From Kudoa neothunni (lineage: Eukaryota > Animalia > Cnidaria), in assembly GCA_964304625.1 (NCBI GenBank), contig OZ199839.1:11513036-11577035 (forward strand): a DNA stretch of 64,000 nt. Reading direction: 5' to 3'. Below, in pieces: positions 40,241-51,970 of this stretch. Position 1 is the stretch's first letter. Each line of letters opens with the position of its first letter. A program made the translations under genes and the position numbers. A model generated the notes under the pieces. That model was not told the origin of the DNA. It saw nothing but the letters and a program-made list of their open reading frames with translations, and ran no database searches.

Positions 40241-41163
40241 TATTTTTAGCAGGTTAAAGACTTAACTGTAACATGTAAGCTTCAATTTGAGAGTATGGAT
40301 GCTTGTTGGATGATTGTATTTGTCTTTACTCATCAATTATTGATAAAATCGTCCAACGCTGGATCAACCATTAAACTATACGTAAAAACTTTATGAAAGA
40401 CTGATTTAAATTATTTATAGACTGGTATTACATTATTACTGAAAGATGGTCTGATTCACATAACACCATTCACATTTGAGAACAACATTTCAACTACTCA
40501 GAGTATTATTATTAAAATTCAAGATGGAGTGTGTTCATGTATCATCGTCTTTTTATAATTAAATTTCTAATATTCTTAAATTTTAGTGGAACATGTCAGT
40601 AATAATGATGAAATTCTGAGTGCCATAGGACAATGTTTACACCATTCCATACAAAAGTTTGGTCAAATTTATTTCTCACCTTCTTTTCTGCCTGAAGCCT
40701 ATTTTGTGTTTCCATCCACCTTTATGAATTCGATGTAAACAGTTATATATGTTTATAAAGTACATGTGGTAGTGCAAGGATACACGTCAGATTGTTGGGA
40801 TTAAAATAATAGTTAAGTAAATTTGTTTAATGCGATAACCACAGTAAGCGTCTTCAATGATTGAATCATGCATTACCCCCGCAATCAGTTAAAAAATAAT
40901 GTATATTTCAATTTTCCGATAATGTTATCGTGGTTAGCCCATAAAAAAGGATAAGATTTGTGTTTTAATTTTTCTTGTTTTAAAATTCTTCTCATTGTAG
41001 ACAAATAATTAAAATATACAAATATCTAATAGAGATATCATATCTGGATGTTTTTAACCCTCCATGTAAACGAAAATAAGGCATCCTTAGAGTAAAATAG
41101 TGAAATGATAAAATAGAGTGCATTTAGATCCAAGAGACTTTTCTCTTTAATTTATTGACTTAA

Positions 41164-43822
41164 TCCTCTAAGGTGAGCGAAAACGACCATCCTCCAAAGT
41201 CACTTGAGGTCCAAACGACCCAAGTTTTTTATTCGATGAATTAACTTAATAAATAAAGATATAAGGTTTTATTAAGTTTAGAATATTTCTGTCGAATAAA
41301 TTTTAAAGAAAAAGCCGAACACTTGTGTAATTAATCCGTTACTATCTCATCCGTGCCATGTCAGGTTGAATCGAAAGTAATTGTTGTATAAAACCGTTGA
41401 TGAATAATCTTATATTTTTAATAAATAAACAATTCAAGTGAATTGACTTAATGATTAATATTTTTATGGAAAATTTTAAATTTCATATTTAAGTTATTGT
41501 TCAAGAGAGTATTTCTACTCAGCTCGAATAGTTCCCCCGATCAAAAGGTGCCTGCACAAAAAATGAATAAAACTGATAAATATGTTGATTAATATAAATC
41601 TTTGACAAGTAAATTTGTAGATAACTCTACGGAATCATCTGAAACGTTCATTAAATCGGTGGATGTGAAAATACTGAGGACTCAATAATCAGTAAAAGCG
41701 GCATTGTGTGGGGTTTTAGTAAACCGATAACGTCAAGAAAAGGCTCGGCAATACCATGAAAACACCGCCTAGCCCTACTTCGTATTTTACTCAGCAGTTT
41801 GAAAGCATGTTAGTTTGCTTTCATCCTATGTACTATCATAATTTTTTGAATAAATAATCTAATATATCAATTTTATGAAGATTTCATTTCAGAGGTGATT
41901 GAATTCTATTAATAAATTTCTCCAAATAGATTATATTTACTTTTTACGATTCTATAAATGTATTTTATGTGTGTAAATGGAAGTTTGCCATATCTATTTT
42001 AATTAGCGGTCACCTGTGAATAATTAAATTCTTACAAAAAATAAACATTAATTAATTTTATAAAATTTTTATTACATTCTATGTAAGTAAAATGAATAAC
42101 ACAATCGAACCTGGATATTAAGCAATTTTTTGGGAATGGAAATAAATTACACAATGGGGAGATTTTACGCAATACAGGCTATTAGCGCGAGCGCGTTACG
42201 TATAAAAAACAAAAATTTATTCGGGTTTAAAATTTAAAATTACCGGTAATTTCAGTTTGTTTGCATTAATTTTTGATTATATTAAATAGGAACTCCATAA
42301 CTGGATGTGTTTTGAAAATAATGCTGTTGAGTTTTTGAACATAAAAGTTTTATAATTAAATTATTTGAATATTTGAGTTCCGCAATTGACACAAGCGTTT
42401 TATCTTTTACAAGGTTTGGATTGATATTTCATTAAATCTATCTACTATATGCGCTTCAGTTAAAGCTATTGATTCTCCGTTTCTTCAATGTTGTTGATTT
42501 CGTCATAATTTTTTATCGAAAAATTAAAGTTGATAAACAATTAAATAATGTGTCAAATTTTTCAACATTTTTTCGGAAAAATCATGATTTAAGTTTTCAT
42601 TATCAAATAATGTTTAATTTAATATTTTGGAGAGTTAAAATACAAGGTTCAAAAAGTCTAGATTCTCTTAAGAAATTTTAAGTGATAGTCGTTGATACGC
42701 TTTCCGTTGCATGTTTTAAAGTTTAAATAAAACCAAAATGATATTCTTAAATAAATTTGAGTTATTCATATTTATTATGTTTCACTATTTCTATCCTAGT
42801 GACATTGTTGGGAATTTTCCCAAAAAATTAATCATAGTTTGATTATTTACATTGTTGGTTTCACCATAAAATTTTTTATAATTAATTCCAAGCCTATGTT
42901 TAAATCCCAAGAACCAAACATTACTACCGGTGAAATTGTCTATGTTTATGGATTTAACGTTATTTTTGTCTTTTTCACGATGACGTAGATGACGTAAGCA
43001 AGCACAACTTTTTTCTCATTTGCATTTTAGCTATCCATGTAAAGAATAAACTATCTAACTCTGTGTACTTGTCTTCATTTATTTTTTTTTTGAAGCCGAA
43101 ATAGTAGAATTAATGATATCAATTTGGAAAGCTAAAATTATATTAATAATAGGGCGCCTTGAAAATATATTATATTTTGTTTCGATAATTTTATATTATT
43201 AGATGGTTTAGGATGTTTAAAGATCGTTGCATTTTCTCCTTTGAGTGATTTAATCGAATTATAATATTCGATAATTTCAATTTTTTCAGCCACCGTTCGC
43301 TAATTCCTTAACATTTTTTTGCAAAATTCAAAAATAGGATTAATTGAGGATGGAAGTGGACTAGATGTTACGCAGTAGCGAGATTTTAGTTTTAACGATA
43401 TATCTTAAATTTATATTTCTCTAATAAACATTTTCATCTTTTTTCGCTCCGGTAACATTAATTTAAATAATATACAAGCAAAGTGTAAGTAAACAATTTA
43501 AAACATCCGTTATATTTCAACAAACTTGAGAAATTACGCAATATCCAGCTTCGACTGTACTTGTTTAACTACACTCTTATTTATTCTTAGAATATATTGA
43601 CTACAAAACGTCGTGGGTTAAATTGGACCACTAAAGTCCTTAAAGGATAATATTTTTTCAACACCTAATTTTTATTCAATCGGTTTAAGATTTTAAAAGA
43701 ATGAAAAATATTCAAAAATAGGATATTAAATAGAATTTCACGAATTTCTGATTATTACATACATAATACCTGGTAAATTAATCATGATTTGAGGCCTAAT
43801 AGACCTCAACGTCCTTAACGGG
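41164..43822 (+). mobile_element. Non-autonomous piggyBac element, copy 2, carrying a nested insertion
   Basis: Termini are TTAA|TCCTCTAAGG ... CCTTAACGGG|TTAA. The N-terminal remnant reads ISKSGIVW...TPPSPTSY. It is homologous to 9439-10602 on both sides of the insert. Confidence 0.85.
42102..43557. mobile_element. pogo/Tigger-type TIR element nested in piggyBac copy 2
   Basis: TIRs are CAATCGAACCTGGATATT ... AATATCCAGCTTCGACTG|TA. The segment is absent from copy 1. Confidence 0.8.
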
Positions 43823-45107
43823 TTAATGTCTTATTACATGTTTAAAATTTTTTGTACAAAATACGCATGGTTTTGACGATAATTTCACATTGAAATATTC
43901 CCCAGCACGGACACGTTATTGCTAAATGCAGAGGTCACAAAATTTTTTGATTTTCATAAGCTTTTAGGGTTGGATTAAAATTTTTTTGAAGAACAGTTGT
44001 AAAATGAAACAAAAGTAATATAAATATAAAAAATAATGAATATGTATTTGTATGTGAACGTGATTATAACAGGAAATTGAGTCATGTGACAGAATTTAGT
44101 ATATTTCCGTTTTGAGACACCCTATGGGAGATCGGACCATCCGTCGTCTACCGTATAATACCAAAAAAATCGTGATTTTATGTATATTTGTGATTATAAA
44201 CAAGAATTACAATTTTTTCGAGAATAAAATTCACAGTTTATTAATTTTATCATACTCAAATTGTGTAGATTCTAATAAGAAGTTCATTATTCGAGTTTTA
44301 AATATTTTTATTATTTCTTTTCTATCCAACACTCTGAGATAAGTAAATAATTTTGTAAAATACTGTATATGATGCTATAAAATATCTAAGGAACGGTTAT
44401 TATTGCCCATCATTTAAATTGCTATTATCAAATCAATTAAACCCAATCAGATAAAAATTAGAGATATTTGATTTAATTGAATAAGCTTAAACAATTTCAA
44501 ATTTAAAACTCTTAGGAATATAGGAATCAAATAAAAATTAACACATATATCATCGATTTGTACATTTTACATTTAGGACCTTGCTATACTAGTGAGTCGA
44601 TTTTCTCTTCTGTTTCAATTAAAATAAAATAAAAATAAAAAGGAGATTAAGTGTGGATTTTTAATCAATACTCATATAATAAAATAATGCATTGATAGTC
44701 TTTAAGTAAGTTAACACAACTTCACGTGCGTAAGCGTATTCGAGTGTTAGGAGGTTCACCGCGGGTCGGATTAAATGTATCGGAGGTCTGGATTTGGCCC
44801 ACAGTCCGTATTTTCGTGGCCACCGCCAAATGCTAATAAGATTTGAGAATCGTTCATTTCAAAATAACTTATTAATTCGAATAATTAAGATATTTATCAT
44901 AAAAATATCTCTTTATTTTTGGTAATATCTTTAATCGTAACATTGGATTTCCCGATCATTATGAGATATTTTGCAATAACGTAATATTATTTTGTAATAA
45001 TTATTAAATTCTATAAATTAAAGTGATTTTTATATAAATTTTTGTCACAAATGAAGATAGACTTAAACTCTGTGCTAAGAAAAATTTTCAATACCACAAA
45101 ACTAATG

Positions 45108-45948
45108 CAATCAAAACTCGATTATACGGGAAATTTGGAACCAGCGATTTTCACTCCAGATAGCGAGGTTCCGGTTAATCGAATGCAGAAGCTATTTGCA
45201 TAATTAAATTTAATCCTAAACGTCAAGTCCGCTTGTACAAAAAGAAATTTTAATCTAAGCAACTCAAACTTACAAGTTGTTTATAGGTTTAATTTTTTAG
45301 AATCTGCTATATTTAATTATTTCCGGTCCCTAAGAGCGGAACTGTTGATCGGAAAGAATTAAATATAGGCAAAACTAATGCCACCAGAATATTATTTATC
45401 GTGGCAACTGCACGATTGGGTTATTGAAATTTCTACTTAAAGAATTTTTTATTTGATTTATAGATAATTTGGCTTTTAAAATTTAAATTAAATATAATGG
45501 CATATCTATTAACCAATAACATGGAGACTTAAAGAAAAAACAGTACATAATTAAAGAAGGAAAACACGTCTACAAAGAAGTAATCCACTTATTTAAATAA
45601 TCGGTAGCTAATGTTTATTTAAAATAAATACATGTTTACCTTCAAACTAGTATCAATTTATATAAGAACTGAATGCTTAACTTAAATTTTAAATGAGAAA
45701 TTTATGAATAATTAACCTAGAAGTATTTTTGTTTAAAATATTGCATTGGTATATATGTTACATTGTATATATCGGGAGTAGATTGGTGGTACTTTTATCC
45801 AGAATTATGATTAAATAGCTGTTCCAATTTTAGATTATCGAAATTCCGGATAATCGAATATTTATCAACACGTAATTTCAATAAAATCCAAATAAAATTT
45901 AAAATATCTTCTGTATAGTGCGAATTCAAGATTATCGAGGTTGGCCTG
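45108..45948. mobile_element. Degenerate pogo/Tigger-type MITE
   Basis: Termini are CAATCAAAACTCGATTAT ... GATTATCGAGGTTGGCCTG|TA, with subterminal CCGGATAATCGA-like repeats. Confidence 0.6.
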
Positions 45949-47399
45949 TATTAGTAATAGCGAAATAATTTATTTATTTATTATTTTGTTACTCTGTGTT
46001 TTTATGTATTTTGAATAAAATAGAATTAACACAGTGAGAGCCATTAATCCGTCCAAGTTTAAATGGTGTTAATATTTTGGCTCTTTCTCGTTTTTTGTTT
46101 CTGCCCGATAGAGATAATTTCAATTCTATTTTTAAAGAAGAGAAAATGACTGCAGGCAGTTTAATTTAAATTAAGGTAAATCATTTGTTTTGTTAAGTCT
46201 GTTGAAATGATGCATACAAATGATGTTGAGATAAAAATCATTTTTTATATACTTGGATATGCAAACATGTTTTATTTTAATGACATTTTTTGATGTCTTC
46301 ACCATTGGTCATCTTATCGAGAATTTTAAAATATATCATCCCATATTTATTCATGGTCGATTCAACCTGAATATTTATACATCGTTCAAATGTAACAATG
46401 AAATGACAAAATATTTCTAGCTGAGCTCTCCCTTAACTATCTCATATCCGAAAATGAGACCTCAATTTTAAATTTTAAATATTTATCTTTTGTTTCTTAT
46501 TCAAATTTCATGGTCTTTGGCATATGTGAATCTCGTTTTAATGATAGATTCATAGTTTCTTCTCTTAGGAATCTGGATAGTGGATTTAATAATGTAAAGG
46601 GAGTTGCATATAATCCTATAAACTGCGCGTAGGTTTGTCTAAATTCTAAACTTTTCGTTTATTGTTCTTATGTGATTGTTCAGTCGTAATAGGAAATTAC
46701 AGTCTATCAAAGATAAAATATTCAATTTTCTATCATCTCCATGCTTCTGAATCTTTACTACGCCTTTTTTATTGTAATATAATGAAAGCGTCTCAACAGC
46801 TTAAAAATTATCCTTTAAAATATTATTTATTATCAATACATTCTTATCATTTTTTAAACTAATTTTTGAGTGTATTAAACCTTGTTTTAAACTATGAGAA
46901 TAGCTGAAATTCTAAATGAACTGAAAATTCGTAGTAGAAGTTATGTAAGGATTAACTTTCATCTGTGGATTAAAAGACCCCAAAATTGTTAGAGGGTTAA
47001 CCATCCCTGAATGGACTCAGAAAAAATCACGCCCTGTCCGAGGTGGGACCACAGTAGAAACTTACTTTAATCAACTCTTCATATTTCTAAACATAAATTT
47101 TATGATATTTGGAAAATTGATAAATTCAGCAATGAAGCTTTTAGCTCATGTGGGGTAGAAAATGCGAATATTTATGAGTTAAGGCATCACGCAAGTATGC
47201 AAAGTTATGCGCATAAAAATTTAATCAACTAAACATTAAAAAGAATATATAGCAATTAAATTAAATATATGTTATTGCTGAGAAATGGATATTAAATGTT
47301 ACCACTGAAACTCGCATTACCACCACGCCAAGCACAAAACATTCGTTTATCATAGGTTAAAGGAGGTTACGTAACTCGAATTCGAGATTTTCTAATTAA

Positions 47400-50010
47400 C
47401 CTTGCGATTAAGCGTATCAATGATGAATTCATAAAAGTATACAAATTTTTAATTATACCGCATGCTTATGCTGCATTCTTCGTTTTCTCCGATCGTTGTT
47501 ATCCTTCGTTTGAATATTGGATGTTAATTAATCATTTTATTTTTAGCATATAGAAAAAGCAAAATAACCATACCCCAAAATATTACAACAAACATTTAAG
47601 AAATAATCCTTATGTAAGACAACTGCTTAAATAATAAAATTGTCTTTTTTTAAAACAGGATTTAATGCTAGACGTTAAATAATTTAATTTCCCCCACAGA
47701 ATTATAGTTTTTCGTTTCAAAGTGATACAGAACTAAAGATGCAATAAAATCAGTGTGTCAAAAATAGCGCTTACATAATTACATTGAGTAAGATCTATAA
47801 AATGGTTGTTTAAAAAGAAACTATTTGTTGCACTCGGTACATAGAATAATATTTTTTTGACCCAATATTTTGCGCACACGAATTTTCGACAATTGAAACA
47901 TATTAGCTTTGTTTTCTTGTCGACATTTCTTGGTCACAAGGGACATCGTTTTCTATTTGGAAATTGTGGTAAATCTTATTTTGTTGATTAATTATTATAA
48001 TCATCATTATCCTCGAAATGGCTAAAACCATACTTTATATAGCTTGGTATTTTCTCAGAATTTGTTTGGCGACGAAAAACATTTTCCCTAACCAAATCAA
48101 CGGATAGCTCTCTAATAAAATGTTGTTTCCTGCTCTTATTATTATTTTATCATTCAGGATATTTTGTAGTAAATAAAGTATATGAGTTTAAAACTGCATT
48201 GTCTAGCAGATCCACAAAAATTTTCACTGGCCACCTGCGTGTTGGTTTTGAACAGGAATATAGCACAGTCATTTTATCCGCTATATCGACACTGCCGTTT
48301 GTTTTATTGTAATGAATAATTACATTAGGTCGTTTTCTCTCCTCATTTTCAATCGAACTGTCGTTATGCTCGGTTGGGAGAAGAGAAGGTTCACAACGTA
48401 ACTTGTTTTGGTTACATGAGACCAAAGTGAGGTCTCCATGAAATCCAAAAATTGACGAGAAAACCTTACACCTAGGATTATTGAGGGATCCTTTAGGAAT
48501 CTCGCGTTTGTTGTGACGGATAGTTCCAGTCAAAGTTATTTTATTTGAAAATAGTTCCTGGGCGAGTGGAAGAGAAGCAAAAAATTTGCTGATTGTAACT
48601 CCTCGACATGTGTCGTAAAAAGGTGAAATATGGTCTTTTACTACCCTTACACCTTGGTTCATCTCTTTTAATCCACCAACCATTCTCTTATAAGACTGTA
48701 TGTTTAGAAGATATGATGTTTTCACATCTTTGACCACCCATAATTTGATGCCATAACTACCTGGCTTAGACTTCATATATACTCGGAAGGGGCATTTCTC
48801 TCTAAATTTCACCGACCTTTTATCCACAATGATATAGGGTCCCGGCCAAAAATTTTTCAGACAATTATTATTGAAAGATTGAAAAACGTTTCAGATCTCC
48901 TCGAAATTATCATTGGAAATTTTTTTTACGTTAAGTTTTTGTAGCTTTATCATCAAATCGCAACACTTGATAAATTTGTGCGAATCGATCACTCGAAATC
49001 GCTGCCGAAAAAAATTGTTTAAATAATGGATGCTATCCCACACAATTCGAAGTGCAAGAGATGATACATTCGAGCGACTGGAAGCGAGGAAATCACCCAG
49101 AAAGCCTTTAACTCCTCTACCGTTAGTTTGTTACCGTTAAAACCTTTATATTTCTCACAATAATTATTCGTGCGTTGCATTAACTCATCAAGAATATCAC
49201 GACTAAAAAAAATCCCAATTCTTCAGAGATAGTTTTATATTACCCATTTTCTCAATAAATGTAGAGGAAGGGAATGAAATTTTATGTGAGCGCTTTTTGT
49301 TCCCATGCGATGCTTCAAATTCCATTGAAAACCACATCGAGAAATTACAATGTCAGAATTTTCGTTCCAAGTGAAACAATTCAAATCATCGTCTGATCCA
49401 TTATTTTCAGATTGGCTACTTAAATTTTCCAGGAAATCGTCAGTTGATGTATCAACAGATTCAGGGAACTCGTAGTCAGACTCTCTATCAATGTCATTAG
49501 AATAATTGTCAATTAGTTTTTTCTGCTTTGCCGTACATAATGTTTTACAAACATTAAATAATAAAAGTTTATCATAACGTTCAAAAAATTAAGTTTCGCT
49601 TTAAAATGTAAAACAACCAACACAGAACAATAAGCGCATTATTAGTGAGCCGTGATCACATTAATTTTTGCTTATCTCAGATAATACTGATTATTGCAGT
49701 TAAAATTGATATCTACATTGAAATATAGGTATATAATCGATATAAAAATGTTTAAAATAATAAAAAATAATTACATCAATTTGGAAAGTGTTTTATGTAT
49801 AATGTTGTATACAATTAACAACATACAATTTTAAATATTAAAAATTTTCATGTTTCTAATAAAAACTTAAATATATAACTATATTAAAATAAGAACCATA
49901 TCGCCAAAAAAGCATTAACAGGAATAAATGAGGAGAAAATTGTTTTTTAGAAGATATGGAGAAAAAATGTCTTTGGGGTCAATGAGTGACCTCACCTCTT
50001 ACAGCCAGGG
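47400..50010 (-). mobile_element. Near full-length piggyBac element with a pseudogenised transposase (PGBD4-like)
   Basis: ORF 48150-48827 has CPFRVYMKSKPGSYGIKLW, GTIRHNKREIP and YNKTNGSVD. An acidic N-terminus lies near 49500 and a Cys-rich C-terminus near 47850-47950. The terminus CCAGGG|TTAA is at 50010. The left boundary is uncertain. Confidence 0.9.
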
Positions 50011-50014
50011 TTAA

Positions 50015-50470
50015 CACCATGACCTCGATTATGTTTCATCTTATAAAAACATGCACTCGTCTATTTCCACAATTACTCCTTCTCCACCAAGTATGATGTC
50101 TTCAAAATCCAAACTCTCAGCCACCGTTTGTCGACGATAGTGACTGTAATTAGTGATTGTTTGGGGAAGAATGGCCAGTAATTGTGAGCAGAATTATAGA
50201 TTTTACGCCAACCAACCAATAGTAAACTAACTCCAAGAAATCATTAACTTTTAGTTTCATGTTATTAAAAAAAGTTGATTCCAATATTGAAACTCCTTTT
50301 CTACAGTTTTTTAAGCAGCATAGCCAGTTTTTTTGATGAAGCGAAAATCTAGCTTCTTCGCACTTAATGCGATTTGTCGGTTCTTTAAGATTATTATTAT
50401 CAATAAGGTATTTATTAGCGTTATGTTCATTTTCAAAAATTCCATCAGACGACTTCCTCGGTGATATCGT
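50015..50470 (-). mobile_element. Merlin (IS1016/ISXO2-like) transposase 5' fragment, cut off at the piggyBac TTAA
   Basis: Minus strand reads KNWLCCLKNCRKGVSILESTFF...LELVYYW and ILGGEGVIVEIDECMF..KHNRGH, matching the Merlin IGG.G.IVEIDES...KYNRG motif. Confidence 0.85.
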
Positions 50471-50779
50471 TTCTAGCAGGACGTAACTAATCTGGGGTTT
50501 GTCCTTAAGTAATCTGCATTGTGTACCGCATCCCGTTGATGAAGTAATATTATACAGTACGATAATTCTATCATGTTACATGGTATTTCATAATATATCG
50601 AACACATTTTAAAAATAATCGGACACGCGACATAAACAACAAGATTTTTTTCAGTCAAGTTAAAATAATTTATTTTTTTTTGTGATTAATTAGTTTTATG
50701 AAATTATGGTATAGTTTTGTTGATATATTATTAGGGCATAATGGGCGAAAGAAAAAAATAAAAAGCAATCGACCAAACA

Positions 50780-51730
50780 TTATATGATCAAATTGAATGA
50801 CTCCTAAAACGAGAGTCCATAAAAAAGTTCCGAAATTACTGATTTGGTAAGGTCCCAAATATATAAAATCAAATCTTTTATTGAGACCAACCCAGAAGCC
50901 CACAGCTACGATGCATTTGCACAAAAAAAGAGACGTCATCCAAAAATTAACACGATTCTCAAAAACAAAGTGAGAGAAATCGTTGGCCGAGATAACAGCC
51001 TAACAAGTGTCGGCATAAAAAAAACTATTCGCGAGGGAAGAATCGAACCTATCCAACGGTTCTGTACGTCGACTGACAAAATCCGCTGGACTAACGAGAA
51101 AACGGATTAAACTAAAGGCCTCCGTTATTTTGACGGATTCTCACAAAAGAACGGAAGCAGAATATGCTTCCAAAATTATAGGTGTGAGGAGGAAAAACAT
51201 TGTTTTTTGGATGAATGGGGACTTAATCTCCACGTATCGAATAATTATGGTTACTCGGAACCCAACAAAGAAGCTATCGCCATGGTACGCCCTTCTAGGG
51301 GACGAAATATATCGCTACGCACTATTATTTCAACTCAAGGAATAATTGGCCATAAAATTCTGGATGGTGGATTTGATAGGACTCAATTTCTTGTATTTCT
51401 CGAACAAATGATTTTAGAACGAAAAATCTCTTCTGAAGTTGTTCTTGTCAAGGATAACATTAGGTTTCTTCACGTACAAGAGGGAAAAAGGCTGATGAGT
51501 ACTAACTCAACTGAATGCCTATATTTGCCATCGTATTCTCGTCAGGTAAACCCTATTGAACACGTGTTTTCTGTTTTGAAGGAAAAAGTCTCAAGTTATC
51601 CCCCAAGAATCCAAAGTAGAGATGTTACGGTTTATTATATCTTAAAATCCATGGATTAATTTAACCAAAACGACTCTCAATTATTTTTGAAATTTTTCAA
51701 AAAAAATTGGACAATGTATATGAAGGGTTA
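50780..51730 (+). mobile_element. IS630/Tc1-like transposase pseudogene (DD34E)
   Basis: Frameshifted ORFs 50844, 51130 and 51207 carry DEWGLNL, RGRNIS and DNIRF...YLPSYSRQVNPIE, with 34 residues between D2 and E. Confidence 0.88.
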
Positions 51731-51970
51731 AACAATTAAATAAAACAATATTAGCTATTTTCCTTATTTTCTAGTTTATATGTATGACCAGTATTGTTTC
51801 TTAATTTCAAATTGTCTAACGCTTGTTTGATTAATTAAAATGTTGTTGTGATATTTTAAATAATGTGTAATCATTTAAAAATTTTAATTTTATATATCAA
51901 CTTACCGAGAAACTACTAGAGAAATCAATGCAGAACAACTTATATCACTCTGCTTGGTAAAAATAAATAA

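Noticed and set aside
44755-44826. GC-rich patch (also about 17880-17930) as a tRNA or ncRNA
   Set aside because: There is no cloverleaf or A/B box. It looks more like a decayed hAT subterminal GGCCGG/GGCCC motif, too degraded to annotate.
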